A stretch of 64,000 nt of DNA, taken from Octopus bimaculoides. Taxonomy: Eukaryota. The position numbers were made by a program, and so were the translations under genes. Shown here in pieces: positions 63,671 through 64,000 of the stretch. The notes beneath the pieces were generated by a model. It searched no databases. It saw nothing but the letters and a program-made list of their open reading frames with translations, and was not told the DNA's origin. The DNA lies in NCBI RefSeq assembly GCF_001194135.2, contig NC_068991.1:22929499-22993498 (forward strand), given 5' to 3'. Position 1 is the first letter of the stretch; each line of letters starts with the position of its first letter.

Positions 63671-64000
63671 AGCCAGCTGGAGGAGATGTCCTCCTGGGGC
63701 TAAAAGCAACAGTAACATCCACCCCTAGGGGTCAGCCACACTTAAGTGGCAATATACTACACTTTATCGTGCAGTTACTGTTAATACTTCATTTAGAGAA
63801 TTAACATTGCTTGTTTTCACCTTTTCAATATCAGTGAAGAATCTCACTGGAAAAGAAGATATAAGGTTTGCCAGGTTTTTGTCTCTCTCACCAAGGTCAT
63901 CAGCTGTCGAACGCCGACGAAGGGAAATAACCCTGAAATCCGGATACGTTCGTGCTGCTGGTCGAGGTGAGAGGGATAACTCCCTTGGCAAACAGGACAC

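Overview
Eukaryotic, AT-rich, repeat-saturated DNA from a gapped short-read assembly (13 N-runs, mostly at microsatellites or repeats). The SINE families and (TA)/(TG)/(CA) microsatellite density look like an octopus (coleoid cephalopod) genome; this is inferred from recalled repeat sequences, not a database search. No intact protein-coding gene, RNA gene or CRISPR array is identifiable, and nearly all ORF-track entries are microsatellite, N-gap or repeat artefacts. Recognisable content: (i) dozens of short-retroelement copies in about six families, which I label A, B, C, D, E and R; (ii) decayed LINE fragments (RTE x4-5, CR1/L2 x2, Tx1/L1 x1, possible Penelope RT); (iii) decayed DNA transposons (two Tc1, one mariner) and MITEs of hAT, piggyBac, pogo/Tigger and GG-ended 8-9-bp-TSD types. 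The most notable items are a 213-bp foldback element with a perfect 9-bp TSD carrying TTAGGG repeats (13158-13370), hammerhead-ribozyme-like motifs (38141-38264, weaker at 56609-56657), a modular SINE with an internal microsatellite and alternative 3' halves, and a Tc1 relic resembling fish/amphibian Tc1 elements. A few low-confidence candidate exons are listed. I did not find a clearly new biological system. Most repeat coordinates are approximate (about +/-10-20 bp).
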